Source: a virus. Taken from it: a DNA stretch of 39,374 bases. The translations under genes were made by a program, and so were the position numbers. The DNA lies in UHGV virus genome UHGV-0391889; one strand, given 5' to 3'. Position 1 is the stretch's first letter, and every line of letters begins with the position of its first letter. The notes below the pieces were generated by a model. That model saw only the letters and a program-made list of their open reading frames with translations, searched no databases and was not told the origin of the DNA. This document shows positions 17,967 through 28,165 of the stretch, piece by piece.

Positions 17967-17994
17967 ACCCGCCATTGAGCGGGTTTTGTTGTTT
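17967..17994 (+). terminator. Rho-independent terminator
   Basis: ACCCGC-cattga-GCGGGT followed by TTTGTTGTTT. Confidence 0.45.
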
Positions 17995-18217
17995 CTGACG
18001 GATAGAAAAATGAAATAGCTAAATAAAAAGAATGCATTGGATGCCATATATTGGCAACGTGACGACAGCGTTAATCTGGTCGGGCTCCCATGGCGACGTA
18101 GTGAGGGAGAGGAAGCGTAAAGCATCACTGAGTTACGGTTGGCACCCGGTTTAACGCGTAAGTGGCCTGATAAAGAGATAGTGCGCCGCGGCACTCACAG
18201 CGGCAACGATTAACTGA

Positions 18218-18241
18218 CCTCGGCATTTGCCGAGGTTTTTT
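18218..18241 (+). terminator. Rho-independent terminator
   Basis: CCTCGGC-attt-GCCGAGG followed by TTTTTT. Confidence 0.55.
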
Positions 18242-18341
18242 ATTTAAGGCCGCAGACAGGCCCATTTAGTGCAACGCCTTTCCCCGTTTCCGCTCCTGGA
18301 ATATTCGGGGATTTTTTATTCCCTCAATTTGCACCCGCGAT

Positions 18342-18701
18342 ATGTGCGAGGTGAGAGATGATGAAATGCCTCATAACCCAAATACCTGGCCGGACTGGCT
18401 GGAGTTGTTTCAGAGCTGGTGGCGTGGAGACACACCGCTGGGTGCAGTGATTATGTCGATCGTTATGGCTGGTTTGCGCATCGCCTATTTTGGCGGTGGT
18501 GGGGGCTGGAAACGAAAAACGCTTGAGATTTTGCTCTGTGGTGCCCTGACGCTGACCTTTGCATCCGCGCTTGAGTATGTCGGATGGCCTAAATCACTTT
18601 CTGTTGCCATTGGTGGTGGGGTGGGGCTGATTGGTGTTGATGCTATTCGTGGTGCGGCAATGAGGGTCATCGGTAACAAGTTCGGTGCCCATAAGGAGTA
18701 A
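18342..18701 (+). CDS. Holin, lambda S-like class I
   Basis: Three predicted TM segments, charged C-terminus, immediately upstream of the endolysin; start uncertain (ATG at 18342 or 18366). Confidence 0.7.
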   Translation: MCEVRDDEMPHNPNTWPDWLELFQSWWRGDTPLGAVIMSIVMAGLRIAYFGGGGGWKRKTLEILLCGALTLTFASALEYVGWPKSLSVAIGGGVGLIGVDAIRGAAMRVIGNKFGAHKE

Positions 18702-18704
18702 TTA

Positions 18705-19181
18705 ATGCAGACACTTAATTCCCAGCGTAAAGCTTTCCTTGATATGGTGGCATGGTCAGAAGGAACGGATAACGGGCGACAACCGACACGTAACCACGGT
18801 TATGATGTTATTGTTGGTGGCGAACTGTTCACTGATTACTCCGATCACCCTCGCAAACTTGTCACACTAAATCCGACACTCAAATCAACAGCCGCCGGAC
18901 GTTACCAGCTTCTTTCACGCTGGTGGGATGCCTACCGCAAGCAACTTGGTCTGAAAGATTTTTCTCCAGAAAGCCAGGATGCTGTAGCGCTGCAGCAGAT
19001 TAAAGAGCGTGGCGCTTTACCGATGATTGACCGCGGCGATATTCGTCAGGCAATCGACCGGTGCAGCAATATCTGGGCGTCGTTACCTGGTGCAGGTTAC
19101 GGTCAGTATGAACATAGAATCGGTGACCTGATTTCCCGATTTAAAGAAGCTGGTGGGGTGGTAAATGAAGCTGAGATATAA
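18705..19181 (+). CDS. Endolysin, lambda R-like lytic transglycosylase
   Basis: 158 aa, near-identical over most of its length to recalled lambda R (NSQRKAFLDMVAWSEGTDNGRQPTRNHGYDVIVGGELFTDYSDHPRKLVTLNP...). Confidence 0.9.
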   Translation: MQTLNSQRKAFLDMVAWSEGTDNGRQPTRNHGYDVIVGGELFTDYSDHPRKLVTLNPTLKSTAAGRYQLLSRWWDAYRKQLGLKDFSPESQDAVALQQIKERGALPMIDRGDIRQAIDRCSNIWASLPGAGYGQYEHRIGDLISRFKEAGGVVNEAEI

Positions 19182-19557
19182 GCTGGTTATTGTTGCCTTC
19201 TTTGTTACCGTCATCGGTTCTTTTATCTGGTCTGCCGGGCATTACTACAGCAAATATCAACACGAAAAGGAGCGTGCTGATGAGGCTGTACGAAATGCTG
19301 AATCTGCAACAGCCATTACCAGTAACGTCCTGCAATCACTGCAAATCATCAATACAGTTATAGAGGCTAACCAGCATGCAAAACAGCAGATCGCACTGGA
19401 GTCACAGAGAACCCAGGAAGATATCAAAGTGGCTGTTGCGGATGATGATTGTGCTGTTCGTATCGTTCCTTCTGGCGCAGTTAAGCGGTTGCACGAATAC
19501 GCGAACGGTATACGTGTCGGTGCCGGTCGTTCCGTTACCAGCCAGTCTGACGGATGA
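19165..19557 (+). CDS. Rz-like inner-membrane spanin
   Basis: N-terminal TM helix then a predicted coiled-coil periplasmic domain; directly after the endolysin. Confidence 0.7.
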   Translation: MKLRYKLVIVAFFVTVIGSFIWSAGHYYSKYQHEKERADEAVRNAESATAITSNVLQSLQIINTVIEANQHAKQQIALESQRTQEDIKVAVADDDCAVRIVPSGAVKRLHEYANGIRVGAGRSVTSQSDG

Positions 19558-19720
19558 AACACCCCAGCCAGATTTACCTGACCCGTTTACGTGGGGAGCC
19601 AGCATTAACCTGAATGTTGCGTTGTTGTCAGCGTTAGCACAGTGCAACAGGGATAAGGCTGATATCAGGACTTTTGAGAAAAACAGGGCAGCACAAACCA
19701 ATGGCACGATTAAACGTTGA
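19442..19720 (+). CDS. Rz1-like outer-membrane lipoprotein spanin (overlapped arrangement)
   Basis: Starts in the +1 frame inside Rz; signal peptide with lipobox LSGC; Pro-rich mature region; extends 163 nt beyond the Rz stop. Confidence 0.55.
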   Translation: MMIVLFVSFLLAQLSGCTNTRTVYVSVPVVPLPASLTDETPQPDLPDPFTWGASINLNVALLSALAQCNRDKADIRTFEKNRAAQTNGTIKR

Positions 19721-19886
19721 AGTTATCCCACCAGACAGCGAAACGATGAACGGGATTTTTGCAGAGATTGAACGTAAATATGCGCATCAGCCGATGACGC
19801 CAAAAGTTATCGATGAAATGCAACGCGAAGCGGCGCGCCTTGTACGGCGAGCGACAAACACGAAGGTTACGTTCGTTCGGGACTGA
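19701..19886 (+). CDS. Hypothetical small protein
   Basis: ORF between the spanins and the terminase small subunit; start uncertain. Confidence 0.3.
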   Translation: MARLNVEVIPPDSETMNGIFAEIERKYAHQPMTPKVIDEMQREAARLVRRATNTKVTFVRD

Positions 19887-19946
19887 CATTACAGAAGCTC
19901 CTTTGATAAGGGGCTTCGATAATGTTAACAACTTGTGGAAACCATC

Positions 19947-20564
19947 ATGGCATCGAAAAAGCTAACGGCAGAACAGCAGCGCCTTTTCGATGTGCTGACT
20001 CCGCTTCAGAAAAGATTCAGCTTAGCCATTATCAAGGGCAAGAATCAGACAGAGGCTTACCGCAAAGCCGGAGGGAAAGCGAAGGGCGACAACCTCCGCA
20101 AAGCTGCGCACGTAATTGCGACAAATTGCGACGTTCAGGCGTTCATTAAGTCTGTTCAGCGTGAAATCATCGATGAGGCCATCATGACCCGCGAAGAAGC
20201 TCTTAAGCGTTTGTCTAAAATAGGCCGTGCTTCAATCGCCGATATCGCCGAGTTTAGTAATAGCATCGTGGGGGAGGATGAAGACGGGAATCCTGTCTAT
20301 CAAGCCGTCTGGAGCTTCAAGGATTCTTCCCTTCAAGACCCTGACGCGATGAGCGCAGTATCAGAACTGACCTCAGGGAAAGATGGTATCAAATTGAAGA
20401 TGCACGACCCGAAAGCAGCAATAAAGCAGTTGGCTGAATTGCAGGGGTGGGAAGCACCTAAGAAAACCGAACTGACTGGCGCGGAGGGTGGACCGATCAA
20501 GGCCGAGACAACCAATCTCACCGCAGATCAGGCCGCAGAGATTTACCGCAAAATGATGGGGTGA
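19947..20564 (+). CDS. Terminase small subunit
   Basis: About 205 aa, immediately upstream of and overlapping the large terminase; N-terminal HTH-like region. Confidence 0.65.
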   Translation: MASKKLTAEQQRLFDVLTPLQKRFSLAIIKGKNQTEAYRKAGGKAKGDNLRKAAHVIATNCDVQAFIKSVQREIIDEAIMTREEALKRLSKIGRASIADIAEFSNSIVGEDEDGNPVYQAVWSFKDSSLQDPDAMSAVSELTSGKDGIKLKMHDPKAAIKQLAELQGWEAPKKTELTGAEGGPIKAETTNLTADQAAEIYRKMMG

Positions 20565-20566
20565 TC

Positions 20567-22189
20567 ATGCCTCTTCCGTTTAAATTCGATTTCAGAAACC
20601 CTGATTACCAGATGGTTTTTGAATGGCGGATGGAACGCCTACAGCGTATTCGCCAGAATCCTGAAATATTGCCTGCACTAAAACAGTTTTACCGAACCAA
20701 TCCGGCTCAGTTCATCATCGACTGGGGCATGACAACGGACCCGCGTAATATTGATTATGGCCTGCCGGTGACCATTCCGTTTTTACTCTTCCCTAAGCAG
20801 GAGGAGTGGATCCACTGGATTATGGAACGCTGGAGCAATCGGGAGAATGGTATTACCGAAAAATCCCGTGAAATGGGGCTCAGTTGGACCGCGATCGGAC
20901 TGGCCTGCTCGCTTTGTCTCTTCAACAAAGAAATGGTTATCGGTTTCGGCTCCCGTAAAGAGGAATACGTCGACAGCACTGGTGACCCGAAAGCATTGTT
21001 CTGGAAGGCACGCAAGTTCGTGGAAACGCTACCTGTAGAGTTTCGCGGTTCGTGGAGCGAGAAGAAGCACGCGCCATATATGCGTGTTGAGTTTCCTGAA
21101 ACTGGTGCCGTTATCAAAGGCGAGGCTGGCGATAATATTGGTCGTGGTGACCGTACCACGCTTTATCTGGTTGATGAGGCTGCATTCCTTCAGCGTCCTC
21201 TGCTGATTGATGCGGCGTTGTCACAAACGACGCGTTGCCGTATTGACCTGAGTTCAGTTAACGGCATGGCGAACCCGTTCGCTCAGAAGCGTCATGGCGG
21301 GAAGATACCGGTATTCACATTCCACTGGCGGGATGATCCTCGCAAGGATGAAGAGTGGTATCGCAGGGAATGCGAGAAAATCGATAATCCGGTGGTGGTG
21401 GCACAGGAACTTGATCTGAACTACAGCGCATCAGCGGAAGGCGTCCTGATTCCATCCGAATGGGTACAGGCTGCCGTTGATGCGCATATCAAACTGGGTA
21501 TCCAGCCAACAGGCAAACGACTTGGCGCGATGGATGTCGCCGACGAAGGCAGGGACAAAAATGCCTTTTCCACCCGTCATGGCTTCCTCCTGGAAAATGT
21601 GCGGGAATGGTCCGGTGTGGGCAGCGACATTTATCAGTCCGTCGAGAAGGTTTTCGGCTTTTGCGAACAGGACAACCTCGAAGAGTTTCGCTTTGACGAG
21701 GACGGGCTGGGCGCTGGCGTTCGCGGCGATGCACGCGCTATCAACGAACTGCGTAACGCTGCGCGTCGACCGTCAATACTTGCCACACCGTTTCGAGGTA
21801 GTGGCGCGGTATTTGATCCGGATGATGAAGCTGTTCGCGGGGACAACGGGCAAGCCGCACGTCTGAACAAGGACTTCTTCGCTAACGCCAAAGCCCAGAG
21901 CTGGTGGCGGTTACGTAAACTTTTTCAGAATACCTGGCGCGCCGTGGTTGAAGGTATGGCTTACAACCCGGACGAAATCATCTCAATCAGCAGTAGCATG
22001 GCACTCAAAGATAAACTCATCATCGAGCTTTCGCAGCCGACCTATTCCATTAATGGTGTGGGAAAAATAGTTATTGATAAACAGCCTGATGGAACCCGAT
22101 CGCCAAACCTTGCCGACTCGGTGATGATCAACTATGCCCCAATGAATTCAGCCCTGAACATCTGGGAGCTGCTAGGGAGACAGGCCTGA
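20567..22189 (+). CDS. Terminase large subunit
   Basis: About 540 aa with an ATPase N-terminal domain and a nuclease C-terminal domain with acidic residues; start could be the GTG at 20561. Confidence 0.85.
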   Translation: MPLPFKFDFRNPDYQMVFEWRMERLQRIRQNPEILPALKQFYRTNPAQFIIDWGMTTDPRNIDYGLPVTIPFLLFPKQEEWIHWIMERWSNRENGITEKSREMGLSWTAIGLACSLCLFNKEMVIGFGSRKEEYVDSTGDPKALFWKARKFVETLPVEFRGSWSEKKHAPYMRVEFPETGAVIKGEAGDNIGRGDRTTLYLVDEAAFLQRPLLIDAALSQTTRCRIDLSSVNGMANPFAQKRHGGKIPVFTFHWRDDPRKDEEWYRRECEKIDNPVVVAQELDLNYSASAEGVLIPSEWVQAAVDAHIKLGIQPTGKRLGAMDVADEGRDKNAFSTRHGFLLENVREWSGVGSDIYQSVEKVFGFCEQDNLEEFRFDEDGLGAGVRGDARAINELRNAARRPSILATPFRGSGAVFDPDDEAVRGDNGQAARLNKDFFANAKAQSWWRLRKLFQNTWRAVVEGMAYNPDEIISISSSMALKDKLIIELSQPTYSINGVGKIVIDKQPDGTRSPNLADSVMINYAPMNSALNIWELLGRQA

Positions 22190-23655
22190 TGGCACGAAAC
22201 AAACAAGCCCTGCGGCGAACTGCGCAGGCCACAGCTGATGGTTATGAGAATTTTATTGCCCGCGTAGGGATGCAGACACCTAACCAGCACTCAGCATCCA
22301 CCTACCGGGCTAATTTCACCAGTCGTAACCGCATGCTGGTGGAATGGTCCTATCGTTCATCCTGGATTATCGGCGAAGCAGTCGATGCTATCCCGGATGA
22401 TATGACCCGCAAAGGCATTCGCATCACGTCGGAAATTGATGCAAAAGATCGTGGCATTCTCGAATCACAACTGGATGAGTTGCAAATCTGGGATGCGCTG
22501 AATGACGTGCTGAAATGGTCGCGCCTCTACGGCGGCGCGGTGGGTTTCATCATGATTGAGGGGCAGGCACCAATGACCCCGCTGCGACCCGAAACCATCG
22601 GTAAGGGCAAGTTTAAGGGGATTCTCCCGCTCGACCGCTGGATGATCGACCCGGTACTGACCCGCCGCATTAAAGATATGGGGCCGGACCTGGGTAAACC
22701 TGAGTTTTACGATGTGGTGACCACAGCAACGGGAATTCCTGCCTGGCGCATTCATCACAGTCGCCTGATTCGCTTTGATGGCGTCACGCTGCCATTTCAG
22801 CAGAAGATGACCGAGAACGAATGGGGAATGTCGGTTGTAGAGCGTATCTGGGATCGTCTTACCGCGTTCGACAGCGCTACTGTCGGCGCGGCGCAGCTGG
22901 TCTACAAGGCGCATCTGCGCACCTACAGCGTGGAGAAGCTACGCGAGCTTATCGCACTTGGTGGTCCTGCGTATGAAGCGTTGCTGAAGAATATCGACCT
23001 GATTCGACAGTTCCAGAGCAATGAAGGTATGACGCTCATGGACTCGCGGGATAAGTTTGAAACGCATCAGTACAGCTTCAGTGGTCTGGATGACATCCTT
23101 TCGCAGTTTGCAGAACAGATTAGTGGCGCTGTTGGTATCCCACTGGTGCGGTTGTTCGGACAGTCCCCGAAAGGATTTTCTACCGGCGATGCAGACCTTG
23201 CCAACTATTACGACCGGGTAAGCTCGTTACAGGAGAGGCGTTTACGTCTTCCGGTGCGGCGGATACTGGACATCATGCATCGTTCGGAGCTTGGCAAGCC
23301 GCTGCCGGACGATTTCACGTTTGAGTTTAACCCGCTCTGGCAAATGTCTGATGTCGATCGCTCAACGGTGGCGTTAAACACTACCAACGCAATCAGTACG
23401 GCGCTGGGTGATGGTCTGATGACACTGAAAGCCGCTATGACTGATTTGCGCGAAAATTCTGACGTAACCGGCATCGGGGCATCCATTACCGACGAGGACA
23501 TCGAGAATGCCGAAGATGAAGCGCCGCCCGGCATCGGCGAATCTGATGACGAACCGCAGGAACCGTCAGGCGGAAATCCGCTATCGAACCAGCCTACGCA
23601 GGATAGCGCGGGCGGTCGGAGACATCGTAAATGGTCGCTACGATGGTTCAAATGA
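22189..23655 (+). CDS. Portal protein
   Basis: 488 aa; follows the large terminase with an ATGA overlap; acidic C-terminal tail. Confidence 0.8.
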   Translation: MARNKQALRRTAQATADGYENFIARVGMQTPNQHSASTYRANFTSRNRMLVEWSYRSSWIIGEAVDAIPDDMTRKGIRITSEIDAKDRGILESQLDELQIWDALNDVLKWSRLYGGAVGFIMIEGQAPMTPLRPETIGKGKFKGILPLDRWMIDPVLTRRIKDMGPDLGKPEFYDVVTTATGIPAWRIHHSRLIRFDGVTLPFQQKMTENEWGMSVVERIWDRLTAFDSATVGAAQLVYKAHLRTYSVEKLRELIALGGPAYEALLKNIDLIRQFQSNEGMTLMDSRDKFETHQYSFSGLDDILSQFAEQISGAVGIPLVRLFGQSPKGFSTGDADLANYYDRVSSLQERRLRLPVRRILDIMHRSELGKPLPDDFTFEFNPLWQMSDVDRSTVALNTTNAISTALGDGLMTLKAAMTDLRENSDVTGIGASITDEDIENAEDEAPPGIGESDDEPQEPSGGNPLSNQPTQDSAGGRRHRKWSLRWFK

Positions 23656-24280
23656 CAGTATCACGGAAATTATTGAGGCGCTGGAACGCTACAGTGAAAT
23701 CATCACCCCCTGGGCGACAAAGGTCGCGGAAAACTTTACTGCGGACCTAACCCGGCAGAACGAGAAAGTTTGGCGGCAACACAGCAAGAACATCAGTCGC
23801 GAGCTCCGCAATCTTGTGGAAAGCGCTCCTGTGGGCCAGGTGATGCAATCCATCATCGCCGAACAGGTCAAGTACATCAAATCGCTCCCCCTCGAGGCGG
23901 CTGACAGGGTGTACGACATCCAGAATCGGGCGACAGAAGCTGTTGTGACCGGTGGGAGAGCAGAATATTTTGCTAAAGAAATAGCCGCATCGGGTGATAT
24001 AGCAAAGTCCAGAGCTGACCTGATTGCCCGTACTGAACTTGGACGTGCAACCGGCGCGCTGGATCAGGCGCGTGCGCTGTCAATTGGTTCGAATGGTTAT
24101 ATCTGGCGTACAGCCGAAGATGGTGACGTCAGGCATTCTCATCGGGAAATGGAAGGTAAATTTGTCGAATGGGGCAAACCTCCAACGCTTGATGGCATGA
24201 CCGGTCACGCTGGCGAGCTCCCGAATTGTCGCTGTTATAAAGAAATAGTTTTTCCCACCTCCCATTCTTATCCCGCCTGA
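23507..24280 (+). CDS. Head morphogenesis protein (Mu F-like / SPP1 gp7 family)
   Basis: C-terminal domain typical of the family (…GKFVEWGKPPTLDGMTGHAGELPNCRCYKE…); start uncertain, the ORF overlaps the portal by 149 nt. Confidence 0.7.
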   Translation: MPKMKRRPASANLMTNRRNRQAEIRYRTSLRRIARAVGDIVNGRYDGSNDSITEIIEALERYSEIITPWATKVAENFTADLTRQNEKVWRQHSKNISRELRNLVESAPVGQVMQSIIAEQVKYIKSLPLEAADRVYDIQNRATEAVVTGGRAEYFAKEIAASGDIAKSRADLIARTELGRATGALDQARALSIGSNGYIWRTAEDGDVRHSHREMEGKFVEWGKPPTLDGMTGHAGELPNCRCYKEIVFPTSHSYPA

Positions 24281-24294
24281 ATCGCAGGTAACAC

Positions 24295-25515
24295 ATGAAA
24301 TATTTTTTCAATACCCGGCTGGGGGAAACCCGCTATCAGCTGGCTGACGGCTCGTTGCTGTGCAAAGACGTGCCGATAGGACGAACAGGTAAGCAGCTCT
24401 ATGGTGCTGATGACCTGCCAAAACTGAAACCCGATAAGTTCGGTGAAATAGTCGCCACGCGTTCTCCTGAGCAGGTATTCCATCCGGCCACGCTTGCCTC
24501 ATTCGAAGGGATGAGCATCACGATCCTGCATCCTGAAGATGAAAACGGGAATGTGCGGCTGGTAAATCCCGAGAACTGGAAAGAGCTTGCTGTCGGGCAC
24601 CTCCAGAATGTCCGGCGCGGGACGGGTGAGCAGTCTGATTTGATGCTGGCTGACCTTATCGTCAAAGACGAAAGCGCCATTCAGCTTATCGAAGATGGCC
24701 TGCGCGAAGTGTCGTGCGGCTATGACGCGGAGTATGAGCAGACCGAGCCAGGTAAAGCCGAGCAGGTCGATATTACCGGAAACCATGTGGCTCTTGTCCC
24801 CAAAGGCAGAGCCGGAAATCGTTGTGCAATTGGAGACAGAGACACAATGGCAAATCAAAAGAAAAACTGGTGGAACCGCATGCGTGCAGCCATCAAGACA
24901 GGAGATGCCGACACCATGAACGAACTGGTGGAGTCGGCTCCCGCATCGGTTACAGGAGATGAGGGGGATTTGCCGCAGGGCGTTAATCTCAACATCAACC
25001 TGTCCCCGCAGCAACCGCTACCGGACAAAGCACCAGAGATGGGCGGAGGTCCAACCGGCGACAGTGATGATGACCTCAAAACATTATTGAAAGCCCTGCT
25101 GGCTAAGCTGGAAGGACATGCGACGGGCGATAACGACAATAAGCCTGACGATAATCCGACCGGTGACGCCGAGGACGATGAAGAGGAAACCACGATTACT
25201 GGTGACTCAGCCTGGCGTGCCGAAGTTATCGTTCCGGGTATCGATCTGAGCCGTAAGATGAAACCGACCGCGTTCAAACGCGAGGTTCTGGCTTCTGCTG
25301 ACAAAACGCTGGTTCGCCAGATAGTCGGTGATGCGGATATCCGCAAATTACCGAAACAATCGGTCGACATGGCGTTTAATGCCGTGTCTGAGATTGCCAA
25401 AGGGCAAAACACCCGCGCCACCACCGGCGATGCACAGCGCCCAAACATGGGCATGACCAGTATCGCTTCCCTGAACAAACAAAACGCTGAATTCTGGGCA
25501 AACCGTAAAGGGTAA
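24295..25515 (+). CDS. Putative scaffolding protein / prohead protease (DUF2213-like)
   Basis: 406 aa between the morphogenesis and capsid genes; highly acidic low-complexity middle region. Confidence 0.5.
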   Translation: MKYFFNTRLGETRYQLADGSLLCKDVPIGRTGKQLYGADDLPKLKPDKFGEIVATRSPEQVFHPATLASFEGMSITILHPEDENGNVRLVNPENWKELAVGHLQNVRRGTGEQSDLMLADLIVKDESAIQLIEDGLREVSCGYDAEYEQTEPGKAEQVDITGNHVALVPKGRAGNRCAIGDRDTMANQKKNWWNRMRAAIKTGDADTMNELVESAPASVTGDEGDLPQGVNLNINLSPQQPLPDKAPEMGGGPTGDSDDDLKTLLKALLAKLEGHATGDNDNKPDDNPTGDAEDDEEETTITGDSAWRAEVIVPGIDLSRKMKPTAFKREVLASADKTLVRQIVGDADIRKLPKQSVDMAFNAVSEIAKGQNTRATTGDAQRPNMGMTSIASLNKQNAEFWANRKG

Positions 25516-25518
25516 AAA

Positions 25519-26025
25519 ATGAATAATGTATTTCTGTACCGGATGCCTGTTGGCATTGCCGGGGCTGTCTCTCGCCCGCAGGACTTAACCGTCGAACCGG
25601 TGGTCCTTAAATCCGATAACGCCTTCGCTGCCTATGGGCTGGCTGGTAAATACGATGATGACGGTTTTTTCGTGCCGCTGGCAGATGGTGATACCGCAGA
25701 CAAGGTGAAGGGGATCTACGTGCGCCCTTATCCGACCACTTCGCAGCCGGACATGGTTCGCCAGGTGGGAACAGGCAAGAACTTCCCTGGCGACGCCATG
25801 AAGCGTGGCTACGTGACTGTTAATCTCGGTTCTGATTTTGATGCCAGCACCATCAAAAAAGGCGACCCGGTATACGTTGTCGTCTCCACTGATGAATCCA
25901 TCAAAGTGCCGCTGGGTGGATTCATGTCCACGTCAGTCAGTGGCAAAAATGTGGTGCTGACCAACGCTGAATTCACAGGTGCCGGTGATGCTGACGGCAA
26001 TGCAGAAATTTCCTGGAAGATTTAA
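25519..26025 (+). CDS. Putative head structural or decoration protein
   Basis: 168 aa ORF immediately upstream of the major capsid gene. Confidence 0.45.
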   Translation: MNNVFLYRMPVGIAGAVSRPQDLTVEPVVLKSDNAFAAYGLAGKYDDDGFFVPLADGDTADKVKGIYVRPYPTTSQPDMVRQVGTGKNFPGDAMKRGYVTVNLGSDFDASTIKKGDPVYVVVSTDESIKVPLGGFMSTSVSGKNVVLTNAEFTGAGDADGNAEISWKI

Positions 26026-26036
26026 GGAACAGACGA

Positions 26037-26978
26037 ATGATTACTTTTGATCAGGCAACCGTTGACAGCTCTGGTGCCTTTCTCATCGGGGAGCTGGAGC
26101 GACTCGACCAGACGCTGAACCTGCCACTGGTGGGGTACACCTGGACCCGCGATATTCAGTTGCGTGAAGATGTCTCTATCGCAGATGACATTTCCAGCTG
26201 GACGAATACCAGCTTCGCCGCTGCGGGTACTGGTGCAAATCCGAATGGCAAAAACTGGGTAGGCAAAGACTCAACCGCTATTGCTGGCGTGAACGTGGAT
26301 ATCGGCAAATCCGGTAACCCGCTGAACCTGTGGGGGATGGAACTTGGCTGGACGGTCATAGAATTGCAGGCTGCTCAGCAGGTCGGCCGCCCGATTGATA
26401 CGCAGAAGTATGACGGTATGCAACTGAAATGGCAGATGGATAACGATGAACAGGTATATGTTGGCGATTCCGCATTAAACCTGAAAGGCCTTGTTACCCT
26501 GGACGGCGTGCCTGTCAACAACGCTGCTAAAACGTGGGCAACCTCAACACCGGACGAAATCCGCGCAAGCATTAACCAGGTGCTGTCTGATGCGTGGGCC
26601 GCTTCCGGTTACTCTGTGGTTCCGCGTGATTTGCTGATCCCGCCTGAGCAGTTTGCTCTGTTGTCCAGCATCATCGTTTCATCTGCGGGTAACCAGTCCC
26701 TGTTGACGTATCTTCAGACCAACACCATCAGCTATCACCAGAACGGTGTTCCGCTGAATATCCGCGCGGTTAAATGGCTGAAAGGCCGTGGTGTGGGGAA
26801 AAAGGATCGCATGGTTGCGTACACCAACGATAAAAAATACGTCCGCTACCCGCTGGTTCCGCTTCAGAGCGTGCCGGTGCAGTATCGCGGTCTGTATCAG
26901 ATCGTCACTTACTACGGCAAGCTGGGTGCAGTCGAGCCAGTGTACAAAGAAACCATTTCGTACGTTGATGGCATTTAA
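26037..26978 (+). CDS. Major capsid protein (DUF2184-like)
   Basis: 313 aa, AAGGAAC RBS, position in the head module, a strong stem-loop directly downstream. Confidence 0.75.
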   Translation: MITFDQATVDSSGAFLIGELERLDQTLNLPLVGYTWTRDIQLREDVSIADDISSWTNTSFAAAGTGANPNGKNWVGKDSTAIAGVNVDIGKSGNPLNLWGMELGWTVIELQAAQQVGRPIDTQKYDGMQLKWQMDNDEQVYVGDSALNLKGLVTLDGVPVNNAAKTWATSTPDEIRASINQVLSDAWAASGYSVVPRDLLIPPEQFALLSSIIVSSAGNQSLLTYLQTNTISYHQNGVPLNIRAVKWLKGRGVGKKDRMVAYTNDKKYVRYPLVPLQSVPVQYRGLYQIVTYYGKLGAVEPVYKETISYVDGI

Positions 26979-27019
26979 CAGCCATATGGCCCCCTGGCGG
27001 GGCCATTAAGGATGACCCG

Positions 27020-27241
27020 ATGGCAAAAAATAATGCAGTAATACACGTACATACCCCGTTTGTGCTCACGCTTCCCGACGGTTCGCGGCGCGAGTTTGTT
27101 AAAGGCCGTCATGCTGTGGAGGAAGACGTTGCCACGCACTGGTTCACTCGTGCGCACGCGGAAGTATCCGTTGGCAAAGCCACAGACGCGCGTAACGAGG
27201 TAAAAAATGCCAAAGAATCAAAGTCTGCCAGCGGTAAGTGA
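27020..27241 (+). CDS. Hypothetical small head-module protein
   Basis: 73 aa ORF after the capsid gene. Confidence 0.4.
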   Translation: MAKNNAVIHVHTPFVLTLPDGSRREFVKGRHAVEEDVATHWFTRAHAEVSVGKATDARNEVKNAKESKSASGK

Positions 27242-27614
27242 TTTTCGCCGCGACTTCCCGCAGTTTGCTGACCCTGCCAAATATCCCGAAGCGCAAATCC
27301 AGTTTCGTCTGAATCTGGCCGATGAACTGCTGAGCGAAAACGTCACCGGAAAAAAGTTGTTTCCGTACTTTGCCGGGTTGTTCGTTGCGCACTACATGAC
27401 GCTCTGGGCGGCAGACAGCTGGGCGATGCTGGCTGGTGGTCCGGGCGGTTCAACCAATGGTGTTCAGTCCTCAAAGTCCGTGGATAAGGTAAGCGTCAGT
27501 TATGACACCAGCGCGACGCTGAATCCTGATGCAGGTTTCTGGAATAACACCCGATATGGCGCTGAATTTTATCAGTTGATCACGATGTTCGGTGCAGGCG
27601 GTCGCCAGCTATGA
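27207..27614 (+). CDS. Putative head-tail connector protein (DUF4054-like)
   Basis: Position and size in the head-tail joining block. Confidence 0.45.
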   Translation: MPKNQSLPAVSDFRRDFPQFADPAKYPEAQIQFRLNLADELLSENVTGKKLFPYFAGLFVAHYMTLWAADSWAMLAGGPGGSTNGVQSSKSVDKVSVSYDTSATLNPDAGFWNNTRYGAEFYQLITMFGAGGRQL

Positions 27615-28165
27615 GTTTCAAAAGCGGTGTAACAACGAGGGTGGATAACGCTCAGGCCATTCTGGATGCGCTCAGGTCGTTAACCAAAAAAGATGTGCTG
27701 GTCGGCATCCCTTCGGAAGACAGCGAGCGGGATGATGTTCCGTTTGGTAATGCGGGCATCGGTTACCTCAACGAATACGGCTCACCGGCGCAAAACATCC
27801 CGCCACGACCTCACCTGGTCCCCGGCGTTAAATCGGTAGAAGAACAGACAGTGCCGCAGCTCAAAGCAGCGGCGCAGGCTGCGCTTGATGGTAATGCGGC
27901 GGGTGCGGAAAGAGCGCTCAACCGTGCCGGAACGCTGGCCGCTAATGGCGTCAGGCGTTACATGACCATTACCGGCTTTACGCCGCTTGCTGACAGTACT
28001 GTTGAAGCCCGGGCTCGTCGGGGGCGCAAGGGGGCAACACTGGAACTTACCCGGCGTGCTGCTGGCGAATCCCCGGGAACCGAACTGGCGAAACCATTAA
28101 TTGACACCGGGCAATATCGCAGAGCGATTACCCATGTAGTGAGGGATAAAGATGCCGACTCTTGA
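27611..28165 (+). CDS. Putative head completion / neck protein
   Basis: Overlaps both neighbours; position between capsid and sheath genes. Confidence 0.45.
   Translation: MSFKSGVTTRVDNAQAILDALRSLTKKDVLVGIPSEDSERDDVPFGNAGIGYLNEYGSPAQNIPPRPHLVPGVKSVEEQTVPQLKAAAQAALDGNAAGAERALNRAGTLAANGVRRYMTITGFTPLADSTVEARARRGRKGATLELTRRAAGESPGTELAKPLIDTGQYRRAITHVVRDKDADS

Noticed and set aside
17790-18194. Minus-strand ORF of 134 aa spanning the region between the ORF6N gene and the holin
   Set aside because: GTG start, no RBS, runs antisense across two plus-strand terminators; the region is better read as non-coding.
17871-18341. Possible tRNA genes between Q and the holin, as in Stx-type phages
   Set aside because: I could not find a T-loop-like GGTTCGAnTCC motif or a cloverleaf-compatible arrangement by eye; a covariance-model scan would be needed to exclude it.
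21477-21891. ORFs on both strands inside the large terminase gene (21477-21866, 21489-21734, 21634-21891)
   Set aside because: Embedded in a strongly supported terminase CDS; Arg/Pro-rich translations typical of alternative frames in GC-rich coding DNA.
24308-25556. Long minus-strand ORFs (up to 233 aa) opposite the scaffold gene
   Set aside because: Antisense to a gene in the co-directional late operon; Ser/Pro-rich low-complexity translations.
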